64,000 bases of DNA. It comes from a virus. A program made the translations under genes and the position numbers. The stretch is taken from the IMG/VR virus record IMGVR_UViG_3300036846_000738, positions 12,616-76,615 of that record; one strand, given 5' to 3'. Below the pieces are notes generated by a model. It was not told where the DNA came from. It made no database searches and worked only from the letters and a program-made list of their open reading frames with translations. Of the stretch, positions 9,992 through 19,654 are shown piece after piece. Every line of letters starts with the position of its first letter. The stretch's first letter is position 1.

Positions 9992-11107
9992 TTACATCGG
10001 CTGAACTTGCGTGATGTCCGGCGCAACGGTCACGGGATCGGCGTCGGCCGGATTGCCTATTCCGGCAAATGGCTTGTCCGACAGCATCCACGGCATCACC
10101 AGTTCAAGCACCGTCGTCGTGCCGCCCTGATTGTCCTGCTGGAATGTCGCGGTCTGGATTTTCATGACGAACTTGAGCATCGCCATTGGCGCGTTGACAT
10201 TGACGTCGTCTCCGGTGCGCCACAGATTGACGCCGTCGCGCAGCCAGCCCTGCACGGTGACGAAGGCGCGGACCAGCGTCCCGTCGCGGAATTTCAACTC
10301 GTGATAAACCCGCCGCTGCACTTCGGTGATATTCATCACCGGGTGCTCCAAAACCGTCTGAACGAATTTGTAATAGCCCTTGTAGTAACCGCTCTTAACC
10401 TCGGCTTCCATCTTGGCTGCTTGAGCCGGGCTGAGTTCTTCAGCGTTGGAGCCTTGACCGACGGCGTTGTAGATGGCCGCCATCATCTCGTTCGAGATGA
10501 TGCACTGCATCTTCTTGATGTTCTTGCCCTCGACCAAATCCTGATTCGGACTATAGGAATGGTCGCCGATCAGCAGCATATTGCCGAGTTCATCCGAGCC
10601 GAGTGTGGCGCCGCGCATTCGGCACAACTTGTCACAAAAGTCGAACACCGTTTCGCCCGGCTGCGCCTGACACTTCGGGAACGGCGTCGGATCAGCAGTG
10701 CCAACCGGCAGCACGGCCACGCCGTATTCTCCATAGGCCTTGCTACACGCCCCCTGCACCGTCATGCCGTCGAAATTCGCTTTCTTGACGGGAACGCTCG
10801 ACGTGCCAGCCGCCCACGTTCTGCCAGCGCCAGACAGCTCAACCTGATGGTTGTTGGCGTCATAGGCGGTCTGTCGCGTGAGAATGATTCCGGTGACCCC
10901 GAGCTGACCGCCGAGTTTGATCGTGCAAGAGTCTCCGGGCTTGAATTGCAGCGCCCCCCATTGCGCGGGAACGGGCGAGTATTCCGCGGCGGTAAAGCGA
11001 AACAGCGGCCAGCCATCGGACCAGCGAGTCTGGACCCAGACCGTTTCCCAGTCCTCGAATATACTGTCGTTGACTATGAGCTGCGCGACTTCCTGTGGAT
11101 TCGGCAT
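9992..11107 (-). CDS. Mu gp44-like baseplate hub/tail protein
   Basis: QPGETVFDF, DELGNMLL, LVEGKNIKK, GGTTTVLEL; synteny. Confidence 0.85.
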   Translation of the reverse strand: MPNPQEVAQLIVNDSIFEDWETVWVQTRWSDGWPLFRFTAAEYSPVPAQWGALQFKPGDSCTIKLGGQLGVTGIILTRQTAYDANNHQVELSGAGRTWAAGTSSVPVKKANFDGMTVQGACSKAYGEYGVAVLPVGTADPTPFPKCQAQPGETVFDFCDKLCRMRGATLGSDELGNMLLIGDHSYSPNQDLVEGKNIKKMQCIISNEMMAAIYNAVGQGSNAEELSPAQAAKMEAEVKSGYYKGYYKFVQTVLEHPVMNITEVQRRVYHELKFRDGTLVRAFVTVQGWLRDGVNLWRTGDDVNVNAPMAMLKFVMKIQTATFQQDNQGGTTTVLELVMPWMLSDKPFAGIGNPADADPVTVAPDITQVQPM

Positions 11108-11110
11108 AAG

Positions 11111-11785
11111 CTAAAACGACAGGGCTCGCCCTTGACGAGGTGGAAATGCGGGATGCACGACCTTGTTTTCTGCGCGGAGCTGATCGGCGCGACTGGCGTC
11201 GGCATAGAGACGGTAAGACTGGACCAGCGTCGGACGGATTGCCGCGAACTTGAAATCGAGCATCTGCGGCAATGGTCGTGCGGTCTCGTACAGGAAAAAC
11301 AGCACCGCGGCGTGCAACGCGATCAGCGTTCGATAAGCCAGCAGCGCCATCGCGTCCGCAGCCACCTCTTCGGCGGCGAGGAACGCATCGTTTAGCTGCA
11401 GCCGAACGCTATCGACATCCTCGCGGCTGGTGAATGTGGCGGCGATTACCGCCAAGCTCATTTGCTGCAGGCTGAACAAGATGCAGGACTGCGCCATCAA
11501 CACGGCGATCAAGGACACCGGAGTTTCGGCGACAAGCGCCTCGTAGATTCTGTTGAACTCATCCAGCGTGGCCCCGGTGACTCTGGCCTGATCAAAGCAA
11601 TAGGCGAGCTTGGGGGCAATGATGTTGGCGATGATGTAATTCTCGGCGTTGCTGACCATGTCGCCGCAGGCGCGCCGCAAATCGGAGCCGGAACGACCGA
11701 CTTGTTCGTTTGATGTCGCGACCAGCATTTCAGTCGCGACGCGGACAATATCGGCGGCTTCGGTGACCTCATGAATTGGGATCAT
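11111..11785 (-). CDS. C-terminal-half homologue of Mu gp43 DNA circularisation protein
   Basis: PTLVQSYRLYADASRADQL...NKVVHPAF C-terminus. Confidence 0.75.
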   Translation of the reverse strand: MIPIHEVTEAADIVRVATEMLVATSNEQVGRSGSDLRRACGDMVSNAENYIIANIIAPKLAYCFDQARVTGATLDEFNRIYEALVAETPVSLIAVLMAQSCILFSLQQMSLAVIAATFTSREDVDSVRLQLNDAFLAAEEVAADAMALLAYRTLIALHAAVLFFLYETARPLPQMLDFKFAAIRPTLVQSYRLYADASRADQLRAENKVVHPAFPPRQGRALSF

Positions 11786-12399
11786 ACCGACGTCCCCTCA
11801 TTGATCGCCTTGGTCCCGTCGGTGATGCCCGCCTGTGTGGCGTTGCCAAGGCTCTGGGCGGCGTATTGCACGCCCGCTTTGCTGTCCCGAGTACCTGTCG
11901 CTGGCGCCTGACCGTATTCGACGAACGACATGTCAAACACACAGTAGCCGCCAAACCTGTCCTCTTCGGTAATTCGATAGCGCGTACACATGACATTGAG
12001 AATGCCAAGCAGCGGCAGTTGCAGGTTGCCCGGACCCTCGGTCTCCAGTGCCACGATCAGGCTGTCACGCGCCGGAATGTAATTCTTTTTCTTGAGAGGA
12101 TCGTTCGGAAACATCGTCTCATTGCCAAAAACGATGATGTAGCCCCGAACCGTGAACTCAACAGCGCGACGACCCATGTCCTCGGCGTAGGGCACGTCGC
12201 GTTTGGGAAATTCGTGCGTCACGACGCGGCGGGCCGATTCGCGAACGCCGGTGTCCACATAAAACGCGCCCGTGTTGCGGTCGCGAAAATAAGCGCGCTG
12301 GAGTTGGCCCCGCCACTCCTTGCCGAAACTGGTAATGGTCGTGGCTTTGCCGGGATCGAGGTTGACGGGAAACTGCTGCGGAATGAGCGACAGTGGCAT
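11782..12399 (-). CDS. DNA circularisation protein N-terminal domain (Mu gp43-like)
   Basis: RRVVTHEFPKRDVPYAEDMGR, GPGNLQLP, FDMSFVE. Confidence 0.85.
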   Translation of the reverse strand: MPLSLIPQQFPVNLDPGKATTITSFGKEWRGQLQRAYFRDRNTGAFYVDTGVRESARRVVTHEFPKRDVPYAEDMGRRAVEFTVRGYIIVFGNETMFPNDPLKKKNYIPARDSLIVALETEGPGNLQLPLLGILNVMCTRYRITEEDRFGGYCVFDMSFVEYGQAPATGTRDSKAGVQYAAQSLGNATQAGITDGTKAINEGTSV

Positions 12400-15122
12400 C
12401 AGTTGTCTCCTCCCCTCATATAGCTGCGCGCAGTATCGGCCGTGCTGGGACCGGTGTCGGTTGGCATCATCGTCGTCTGCCGCTGCATCGAAGTGGCCCG
12501 CAGCAGATTGTTGCCGTTGTAATCGACCTTGGTGCCCGGCGGCGCGCTGACATCGACGCTTAATTTGCCGGTCGAGTTGATGCTGGCGCCGTTCTGCCGA
12601 TCGATGGCACTGCGGTCGATCGCCCCTCGATCAACACGCAGACGCGGCTCGCCGTAAGACCTCGGCGACAACAGGCTGTTGTCTTGCGGCAGTCCTCCCG
12701 AGAAGGCGCTGGAGTGCCCGGCCATCGACTCGGGGCTGAAATAATTTTCGCGGCGCCGCTGTATCCGCTCTCCAGCCTCTTTCAGCGACTCGGCGGTAAG
12801 ACTCGGCCGCGTCGTTCCAACCTGACTTGGATCGAGGCTCGCAACTTGGGGCGGACCATCACGCGACTCGGTGCTCTTGGCGGCAGCCAGATCACGCTCG
12901 CGCTGCCGCGTAGCCCAACGGCGACCTTGCTCTCCATGGTATGAGAACCACGCACCTTGAACCTTGTGCATGTTGTAGTAGGCTCTGTTCCCCATGTACT
13001 TGGCGAAGTTAGGATCGCCCGCCATACCTTGATCGGTCGCGTAGTCGGTAATGTTTGATCCGGCTCCCACCTTTTCGAGCGCCGCTATCCCCCTGCTCCT
13101 CTGAGCTTCTGAAATCCTCCCGCTGACCATGTGGTGTTTGACGGGACCATATTGTCCAGAATGCAATGCCTGATTTATCGTCATGCCGTGCATGCTGGCG
13201 TAGTTAAACAGTTGCTCCAAATTGGATTGGACACCGCCTTCATGCTGCATGGCGTCGATTGCAAAGTCCCTTAGTTTAGGATTGTCTTGCAGCTCCTTGA
13301 TGTGTTGCTGGCGTTGCGCAGCTAAACTCCCGCTGGCGTCACCGCCCTGCGCGCCAGTTATCGCCTCGCTGCTCGTCTCTGCCGGACGACGACCGCCCGG
13401 CGCCGTTCCAGCCTTGCCACCAAGCCCGCCGCCGCCTTTCTTCGCCCAACCCGGCATGAATTGTTCAAGGTCTCCTTGCGCCGGGCTACCACCACCAGCA
13501 CCCGCTGCAGCTCCGCCGCCGCCACCACCACCACCGCCGCCACCACCGCTCAGAGCGCCCCTCCATGCGTCCGGCGTGCCCGCTCCTGCCGCGGCTGCGC
13601 CTGCCGAGCCGCCAAACGAGGCCGCCTGAAAGCCACCTTTCCCCGCGCCGCCGGTTTGGAGAAAGCCGTAGAACTGAACCAGCGCATCGTACACGCCGCC
13701 CTTGATGATCTCTTGTGCAGCACCACTGCCACTGCCGCCGCCGAACCCCTCGACATTGTCGTTGGCGCCGCCGAATGAGATCGGCCTATAGCCGCCCCTC
13801 AACTGCTCTGCGTGAGACCCAAGCAGTTTCTCACGCTGCGCTTCCTTCAATCGCTCTAATCGTTCTTCGCGCAGTTTGTCCGGTCTCTCCCCTTTGAGAA
13901 GAAGCCCCGATGCGCCAAGGTCGGTTGCCGCCGCGCCGATCGGGTCCTTGTGATAGCGCTCGGGGAGCATTTTTTCGAACTTGATGATCGCATCGACCGC
14001 TTGCCCAATGCCTTCAAGACTTCCCTTGATGCTGTCCAAGATCGGTTGCATCTCGTGCAGCACGCTTTTTACTTTGTCGAAATTCGGACCCAGTTTGTCC
14101 AATGCCGCCGACACCTGCGGCAGGCCCCACGCCAGAATTTCATCCTTGATGTCGGAGGCCTTCTTGTAAATTTCCGCCCACTGGAGAGCGATGCTGCGGC
14201 TCAGCTTTTCGATTCTGTCGGCCTCCTCCAGCATTTCCTTGGTTGGTGGTTTCGCCGCCGGGAGGTCCATCAGATTTGTGGACTGGCCCAACTGCCCCAT
14301 GAGCCGGTTGGCTATGCCGCGGGCGACCTCGGGCGCTTTGCCCTGCTTGAGCCAGTATTCGTTGAGGTCGATCTGCGCCTGTCGCGCCATGTTCTGTCGC
14401 TTGATCGCATCGGTTTCCAGCGTGTACCGATCAAGCCAGTTCGCCGGGAGTCCCTGCCCAAGCAAGGATTGCCGCAGCTTCGAACCGTTCAGATTGAGAT
14501 CGACCAATGCCTCCTGCATCCGGCCAAGCTGCGCAGCCGTGGTTTCGGCGGAGATGCCAAGCGCTTCATTCTGCGTGGTGATGTCCTTCAATTGACCATA
14601 GGTCATGCCCAGCGCTCTCGCGGTCTGACTGAGCTGGAACACCTCGCGTGAGAACTTGAATACCGAGATGCCATAGGCCGCGAAGGCGGCACCGACAGCC
14701 GCGACGCCAAGGGCAAGACTACCAAGGCCAACAACCGCCAATCGCGTTGCGGGCGCGAGCGCGGCCATGCCTTCATTGACGCCCTTCAAACCTTGGCTCG
14801 CCTCGCGGAAGCCAAGCGCAAGCTCCGGAAACGCCTCTAAGCCGCGCCGCGCCGCGAGGCCCATCTGCAGCATGCCGCGGGTCGTCTCCTCGGCCGAACG
14901 GCTCAAATCCTTGAGCGCCCTCTCCACGCTCGTGACTTGCGGCGCCGCCTGCGCCGTTGCCGTGCCAGCCCGCTGCACGCTTGTCGCCACATTGCCGAAG
15001 GCGGTCGTCACCTGACCTGCCGTCTGAGTCAGTTGCGTGAGCTGAGTGCGAATGTTGGCCAGCCCCGCCGACGCATTGTCGACGAGGTTGACGGATAATT
15101 TTAGTTCTTCAAAGTCAGGAAT
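12399..15122 (-). CDS. Tape measure protein; reading frame extends upstream of the called start to an ATT codon at 15122
   Basis: Long Ala/Gly-rich helical ORF after chaperones; upstream in-frame PDFEELKLSVNLVDNAS; C-terminal cell-wall-hydrolase-like segment (QHEGG...SGQYGP). Confidence 0.85.
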   Translation of the reverse strand: MPDFEELKLSVNLVDNASAGLANIRTQLTQLTQTAGQVTTAFGNVATSVQRAGTATAQAAPQVTSVERALKDLSRSAEETTRGMLQMGLAARRGLEAFPELALGFREASQGLKGVNEGMAALAPATRLAVVGLGSLALGVAAVGAAFAAYGISVFKFSREVFQLSQTARALGMTYGQLKDITTQNEALGISAETTAAQLGRMQEALVDLNLNGSKLRQSLLGQGLPANWLDRYTLETDAIKRQNMARQAQIDLNEYWLKQGKAPEVARGIANRLMGQLGQSTNLMDLPAAKPPTKEMLEEADRIEKLSRSIALQWAEIYKKASDIKDEILAWGLPQVSAALDKLGPNFDKVKSVLHEMQPILDSIKGSLEGIGQAVDAIIKFEKMLPERYHKDPIGAAATDLGASGLLLKGERPDKLREERLERLKEAQREKLLGSHAEQLRGGYRPISFGGANDNVEGFGGGSGSGAAQEIIKGGVYDALVQFYGFLQTGGAGKGGFQAASFGGSAGAAAAGAGTPDAWRGALSGGGGGGGGGGGGAAAGAGGGSPAQGDLEQFMPGWAKKGGGGLGGKAGTAPGGRRPAETSSEAITGAQGGDASGSLAAQRQQHIKELQDNPKLRDFAIDAMQHEGGVQSNLEQLFNYASMHGMTINQALHSGQYGPVKHHMVSGRISEAQRSRGIAALEKVGAGSNITDYATDQGMAGDPNFAKYMGNRAYYNMHKVQGAWFSYHGEQGRRWATRQRERDLAAAKSTESRDGPPQVASLDPSQVGTTRPSLTAESLKEAGERIQRRRENYFSPESMAGHSSAFSGGLPQDNSLLSPRSYGEPRLRVDRGAIDRSAIDRQNGASINSTGKLSVDVSAPPGTKVDYNGNNLLRATSMQRQTTMMPTDTGPSTADTARSYMRGGDN

Positions 15123-15157
15123 TTTTCATTCTCCGCAGATTAAAGCGGTGCATAATT

Positions 15158-15355
15158 TCAGCCATCGTCTGAAGCTGCTCGTTCCTGCTCCATTATGCGC
15201 GCAAGCTCACCGGTCCTCGCCATGTGGACGTCAACCTCGGTCAAGCCCATCTCAAGGAAGACTGTTGGCGAGACGTGAAAATACCGCGCCAGCCGGTAGC
15301 AATCGAGAACCAGATCGTTTCCTACCATGCCGCCGGATCGGGAAGAAAAAAACCG
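15158..15355 (-). CDS. Tail assembly chaperone, -1 frameshift extension (G-T type)
   Basis: In the -1 frame relative to 15322..15729, joined at slippery GGTTTTTTTC. Confidence 0.65.
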   Translation of the reverse strand, partial: RFFSSRSGGMVGNDLVLDCYRLARYFHVSPTVFLEMGLTEVDVHMARTGELARIMEQERAASDDG

Positions 15356-15729
15356 CGCAACCGATAAGCGCACGAATTCCAGTCTCGCGGGTCCATCATC
15401 TCAATGAACGGCTGTAAGACGCCCGAGAGCACGGCAATCATCGTCGTCATCTTGCGATCGATGATAATCACGTCGCCATTCTGATCGATGTGACACGGAT
15501 TGCCGTAGCGGTTGATGTCGCCGCCGGTCGGCTCACGAAACGACAGCTCCTTCACCATGTCGCCCTTGGGACCGCGCACCGGCTTGTGCAACAGCCGCAC
15601 CTTGATCGGCCACGTCTCCGCGACCGGCTCGCTCGGAGCGGACTCGTGGTCGATCACCGGGCCAGTTGGCTTCTCGTCATCGACTGGCTCGGTGGCGACG
15701 AAACCTTCTCTCTTGTCTGGTTTGTTCAT
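15322..15729 (-). CDS. Tail assembly chaperone (Mu gp41-like)
   Basis: LSFREPTGGD...MDPRDW...GFF; between tube and tape measure. Confidence 0.8.
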   Translation of the reverse strand: MNKPDKREGFVATEPVDDEKPTGPVIDHESAPSEPVAETWPIKVRLLHKPVRGPKGDMVKELSFREPTGGDINRYGNPCHIDQNGDVIIIDRKMTTMIAVLSGVLQPFIEMMDPRDWNSCAYRLRGFFLPDPAAW

Positions 15730-15761
15730 GTTCTCTCCACGCTATCAAAAGGCAACGCTGA

Positions 15762-16184
15762 TCAGAAGGCGACGCCAGCCGTTTGGATGTTGGTTTGCTC
15801 GGTGAGCGTTGGCGGCGAGCTGCCGAGGATTTCCTCGCACCAGATTCCCTCCCAGCGGACTCGCACCTGACCGTCACGGGTGTTGGCCTCCAGCGCGGCT
15901 TTGCATGCCGCACCGACCAGCGAATAGGTGTGGCCGTTGGCGAGCTGGGCGACCACGGTCACGTCGGTCATGCCATCCAGATTTTCGAGCTGCATATCCG
16001 GCGTGGTCGAAATATCGCCCTCGATGTAGGGCACGCGCGGCAGCTCCTGAAACCCGTGAACGCCATCCTGTCCGGCGATCATGGTCCGCTCGATCGGCGA
16101 CGAGCTGACGGTGAAGTTGCCGCGCAACCGCAGTTGGTTTCCAGCGACCTGCAGGAAGGCAATTCCGGCAAATTTTTGTGCCAT
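15762..16184 (-). CDS. Tail tube protein (Mu gpM-like)
   Basis: GQDGVHGFQELPRVPYIEG, TVVAQLANG. Confidence 0.88.
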   Translation of the reverse strand: MAQKFAGIAFLQVAGNQLRLRGNFTVSSSPIERTMIAGQDGVHGFQELPRVPYIEGDISTTPDMQLENLDGMTDVTVVAQLANGHTYSLVGAACKAALEANTRDGQVRVRWEGIWCEEILGSSPPTLTEQTNIQTAGVAF

Positions 16185-16236
16185 CTTGATTTACTCCTGT
16201 GTGTTTTGAAGTTGGGGAAAGAGCGACGTGGGGCTA

Positions 16237-17796
16237 TTACGCCCCGCCGCCCGCGGCGATCTGAAGACCGGTGATGCTGGCATCGACACCGCGGTTGTAC
16301 TGCAGGCGGAACTGAGCCAGCACGGCAAACACCCGGAGCTGGTTGATCAGATCGGGCGGATACAGCACGTTGACGCGGTTCGGGTTGTTGATGTCGCGCT
16401 CAACCAGCAGGTTGGACTTGAAGGCGGCGATGTTCTCCACCAGACCGTTGAACATGTCGACCCGGTATTCCGCGACCAGCTCCGCCTTGATCAGGCTCGG
16501 CGTGACGATGGCCTGACCCGGACCGAACCGCGTCCCGTCATCGGCGAGCTTGTGCCGCGGGAAGGCCGACGTGATCGCCTGCTTTTGATTGCGCAGCAGC
16601 CGCGCCAGCGTCGCCAGCGTCGTCACCAGCTCGTAGGCATCGTCGCCCTGACCATACAGATTGAGCTGATAGGTCGTGGTCTCTCGCAGGATCATCGGCA
16701 GATTATTGGCGTCGGCTTCCTGCGTCGCGATTCCCGTGCCAGCCAGCGTGTTCAGCTCCGGCCGGTTGAAGCGCTGATAGAGCGGCGCGGTCAAAATGCC
16801 AGTGAGTTCGAGCGTTTGCAGCGGTCGCGCCGGATCGTTGATCAGAGCGCGCTGCGCCTTGGCAGCGTAGGCGGCTGCCCACTCATAATTCGGCGATGGC
16901 GATGCTGGCTCGACGGCCATGATCGAGGTGACCCCGCTGTTGCGGGTTGCACCGAATGTGATCAATGTCGGGTAGTCGCCACGTTTCGCCGAGAAGATGT
17001 GACCAAAGAGTTGACGCATCCAGCCCCATCGTCCGGTGTCGGTGAAGCCGTATTCCAATTCCCACGCCAGCAGCGTCGTCGAATCGGTCCATGGCAGCGC
17101 CACATACTCGAAAATTTTCTCGCCGAGATTGGCAATCGCATTGGTGAACACCGGAACACCAACGCCGCCGCTCAGCATGCCCAAGCCGGAATAGGTCATG
17201 GTGATGCCGGTCGGGAGTTCTTCGCTGCCGATGCGCCCGTAGTAGCTGTCGCTCATGGTGATGTCGTTGCCGCTGGCGCCCTTCCAGTTGCACGTCACCG
17301 TCACCGCGGTCGCGGTCGCAACCGCACTCACCGGGAAATCAAACTCGGCATTGATCGCCGCCGCAATCGCCGTGCAAATCGCGGCAATCGTATCGGACGC
17401 CCCGATGTTGACCGGCAGATGGTGGCCTCCGATGTAAAGATCGATGGTGCCAGCCTCATGGCTCCCGGCCGCCGTCGGCGTGATCGTGCCGAAAGCCGCG
17501 ACGCCCGCGACCGGCTCCGCGACCGGCAGTCCCCAAACCTCATTCGCAAAATTGTTGGCGAAGAACGCAGCGAACATGTTCGAAAGCATCGAGCCTTCGC
17601 CGAATTGTTTGTCGGCCTGCGCCTGCGTCCCGATCGGAATGGCGACATCCGGCAGAGCGACGCCAGTCGTTAGCTTGATGCCGACGAGCAGCGCGGGCTG
17701 ATGAATGGTCCAGAGACCAGCCTTTGATGGGTCGACTTCGACCCAGTAAAGCGGGAGCCTCCAGTCGGCAGGTATGTTGGCAAAGCTAATTGGCAT
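16237..17796 (-). CDS. Contractile tail sheath protein (Mu gpL-like)
   Basis: IPADWRLPLYWVE, FGEGSML, DPARPLQTL, RHKLADDG, PPDLINQLRVFA. Confidence 0.95.
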   Translation of the reverse strand: MPISFANIPADWRLPLYWVEVDPSKAGLWTIHQPALLVGIKLTTGVALPDVAIPIGTQAQADKQFGEGSMLSNMFAAFFANNFANEVWGLPVAEPVAGVAAFGTITPTAAGSHEAGTIDLYIGGHHLPVNIGASDTIAAICTAIAAAINAEFDFPVSAVATATAVTVTCNWKGASGNDITMSDSYYGRIGSEELPTGITMTYSGLGMLSGGVGVPVFTNAIANLGEKIFEYVALPWTDSTTLLAWELEYGFTDTGRWGWMRQLFGHIFSAKRGDYPTLITFGATRNSGVTSIMAVEPASPSPNYEWAAAYAAKAQRALINDPARPLQTLELTGILTAPLYQRFNRPELNTLAGTGIATQEADANNLPMILRETTTYQLNLYGQGDDAYELVTTLATLARLLRNQKQAITSAFPRHKLADDGTRFGPGQAIVTPSLIKAELVAEYRVDMFNGLVENIAAFKSNLLVERDINNPNRVNVLYPPDLINQLRVFAVLAQFRLQYNRGVDASITGLQIAAGGGA

Positions 17797-17847
17797 TTGG
17801 GTTTACTCCTATTGGGTTGTTGGTTTTGAAGCAGAGCCGATGCGCGG

Positions 17848-18261
17848 CTAGGCCGCGGGCGGCGGTTGCTGCTGCGATTTTGATTTCGAACCATTATCCT
17901 TCGGCTCGACCTTTCCTCTGCGGGCCGCAGCCTGTTCGCGGGCATTGAGCGACGGATCATCCGGAGCTGCATCGCCGGAGCCCGGACCATCGGTCCGCAC
18001 CGAGCCATCCGCGATACGACGCGCGGTGAAGCTGTCGTTGGGCCACTCGACCGCCTGATCGATGGTGTCGCGGAAGCGTGTCCCGTTGGCGTGCCGCAGC
18101 ACTTCGCGCATGGTCTCGTTGGCAGCCCATACCTTGATCGTCGCGGAACGACCTTCCGCAACGACCCGTAATCGGCGTTGGCGTGCCTCGCGCAGCTTCG
18201 CGCGCGGATCGACTGGGGTCTGGTTGTTCTGATTCTGGTTGTTCTGATTATTGTTCGTCAT
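17848..18261 (-). CDS. Hypothetical protein upstream of sheath (Mu gp38/DUF2635-like position)
   Basis: EWPNDSFTARRIADGSV; synteny. Confidence 0.55.
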   Translation of the reverse strand: MTNNNQNNQNQNNQTPVDPRAKLREARQRRLRVVAEGRSATIKVWAANETMREVLRHANGTRFRDTIDQAVEWPNDSFTARRIADGSVRTDGPGSGDAAPDDPSLNAREQAAARRGKVEPKDNGSKSKSQQQPPPAA

Positions 18262-18934
18262 GGTCCTCGTCCTTTCGTTTGGTTTGCGCCGCCGTGAATA
18301 GATATTCCGCTCCGGTCTGGAGCCGCTGAGCCATTTCGTCTGCGGTGTCGCCCGCCTTGACGCCGGTCCGCACACCGATTTGCAACAGATCGTCGGTGAT
18401 GATCGGCGCGTAGTCGGCGCCGTACTTCACGGTGGCGTCGTACTGCATTTCGCCGATCGGCAATTCGTTGTTGAGCCCGGCGTTGCCGTAGACATGCCGT
18501 CGCGTTCCGCGCGAGACGCCTTCGATGCGGACATTGTCCGGGGTGCCGATGCCGCCGGGATAGGAGCGGGTGTCGAAGAAGTTCGTCAGGTAGGGATCAC
18601 GCCACAACGTGTTCATGATGGTCCAGAACGCCTGATCGAGCTTGGCCTCGCAGGCCACCGGATCGTTGTTGACGACGATGACCGAGAACCCGAGCTTCAA
18701 TAGATGCGTGAAGCGAATTTCGCCCGCGTTCAGATCGCCGTCCGGCGTCATGTCCTCGTTGACAAAGTAGACGCCGAGATACGGCAATTGCGCCGCCTGA
18801 ATTTGCAGCGCCTTGTTCTTGCGCGCGGTGAATCCGGCAAAGAATGGCGTGCCGACCAGCTTGTCGAAAAACACGTCGCGGATCACAAAGCTGAAACTTT
18901 GGACCTCCGTGATGGTGGGCGGCATCGCGTTCAT
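18248..18934 (-). CDS. Putative tail terminator/neck protein
   Basis: LPYLGVYFVNED pattern; synteny. Confidence 0.6.
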   Translation of the reverse strand: MNAMPPTITEVQSFSFVIRDVFFDKLVGTPFFAGFTARKNKALQIQAAQLPYLGVYFVNEDMTPDGDLNAGEIRFTHLLKLGFSVIVVNNDPVACEAKLDQAFWTIMNTLWRDPYLTNFFDTRSYPGGIGTPDNVRIEGVSRGTRRHVYGNAGLNNELPIGEMQYDATVKYGADYAPIITDDLLQIGVRTGVKAGDTADEMAQRLQTGAEYLFTAAQTKRKDEDHDEQ

Positions 18935-19296
18935 GATGGCCGCGCCGTCAACACCTTGCGCACCACCAATGTGGTTTCACCGCCTCCGTTAGGTTCGACG
19001 TTGATCACCTCGTAGATGCCAAGGTCGGGGCCGCCATCGGGATCGGCCGGGACGTGGATTTGATCAAGCTGCGATGGGATCACCGCGAATTCCTCGTCGC
19101 GCACATCGATGATGGTTTGCGCGTCGGAGACGATCGAGCCGTCTTCCGCCTGCACGTCGATCGGTCGGGTGCCATAAATGCCGCGCGCGGTGTAGGCAGG
19201 CAGTCCCATCTGCGAGGCCAGCGGCATCACAGTGATCGGGCGCGCAAACATGTCGTAATTCGGCAGATAGACCAGCGTCGAAAAATTTACAGCCAT
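18931..19296 (-). CDS. Head-tail joining protein
   Basis: RGIY...P...D.I...YEVINVEPNGGGET; synteny. Confidence 0.65.
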   Translation of the reverse strand: MAVNFSTLVYLPNYDMFARPITVMPLASQMGLPAYTARGIYGTRPIDVQAEDGSIVSDAQTIIDVRDEEFAVIPSQLDQIHVPADPDGGPDLGIYEVINVEPNGGGETTLVVRKVLTARPS

Positions 19297-19646
19297 GTCA
19301 TGGCCTCCCCGCACATTTCCACCATGCGGTCTCGCAGTTGCTGGAATAATTCCGGGCGCAGGATCGGCCGGTGGTGACCGCCCGGCCGCCCGGCCGCGAT
19401 GCGGGCTCGCCTGCGAACTGATTTGCGAGCTTCGGGCTTGTCCCTGCGCAATCGCGACCGCGGATAAATCGTGGTCGAGACCGACAGCCCGCTGCCTTCA
19501 ACCTTCGGGAAGTGACGATGCAGGTCGTCCCGCTGCCACACGAGGAAGGTGTTCGAGGTTTGCTGTTCTAAATCCGCCAATCGCCGCGCAATCTCGTCGA
19601 GCTGCTTCAGCGCCCCGTCGGCGTCGACGGTGATCTCGAATGGCAT
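19287..19646 (-). CDS. Neck/tail-completion-type hypothetical protein
   Basis: Basic protein with RPILRP; overlaps neighbours. Confidence 0.5.
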   Translation of the reverse strand: MPFEITVDADGALKQLDEIARRLADLEQQTSNTFLVWQRDDLHRHFPKVEGSGLSVSTTIYPRSRLRRDKPEARKSVRRRARIAAGRPGGHHRPILRPELFQQLRDRMVEMCGEAMTWL

Positions 19647-19654
19647 GGGGCTCT

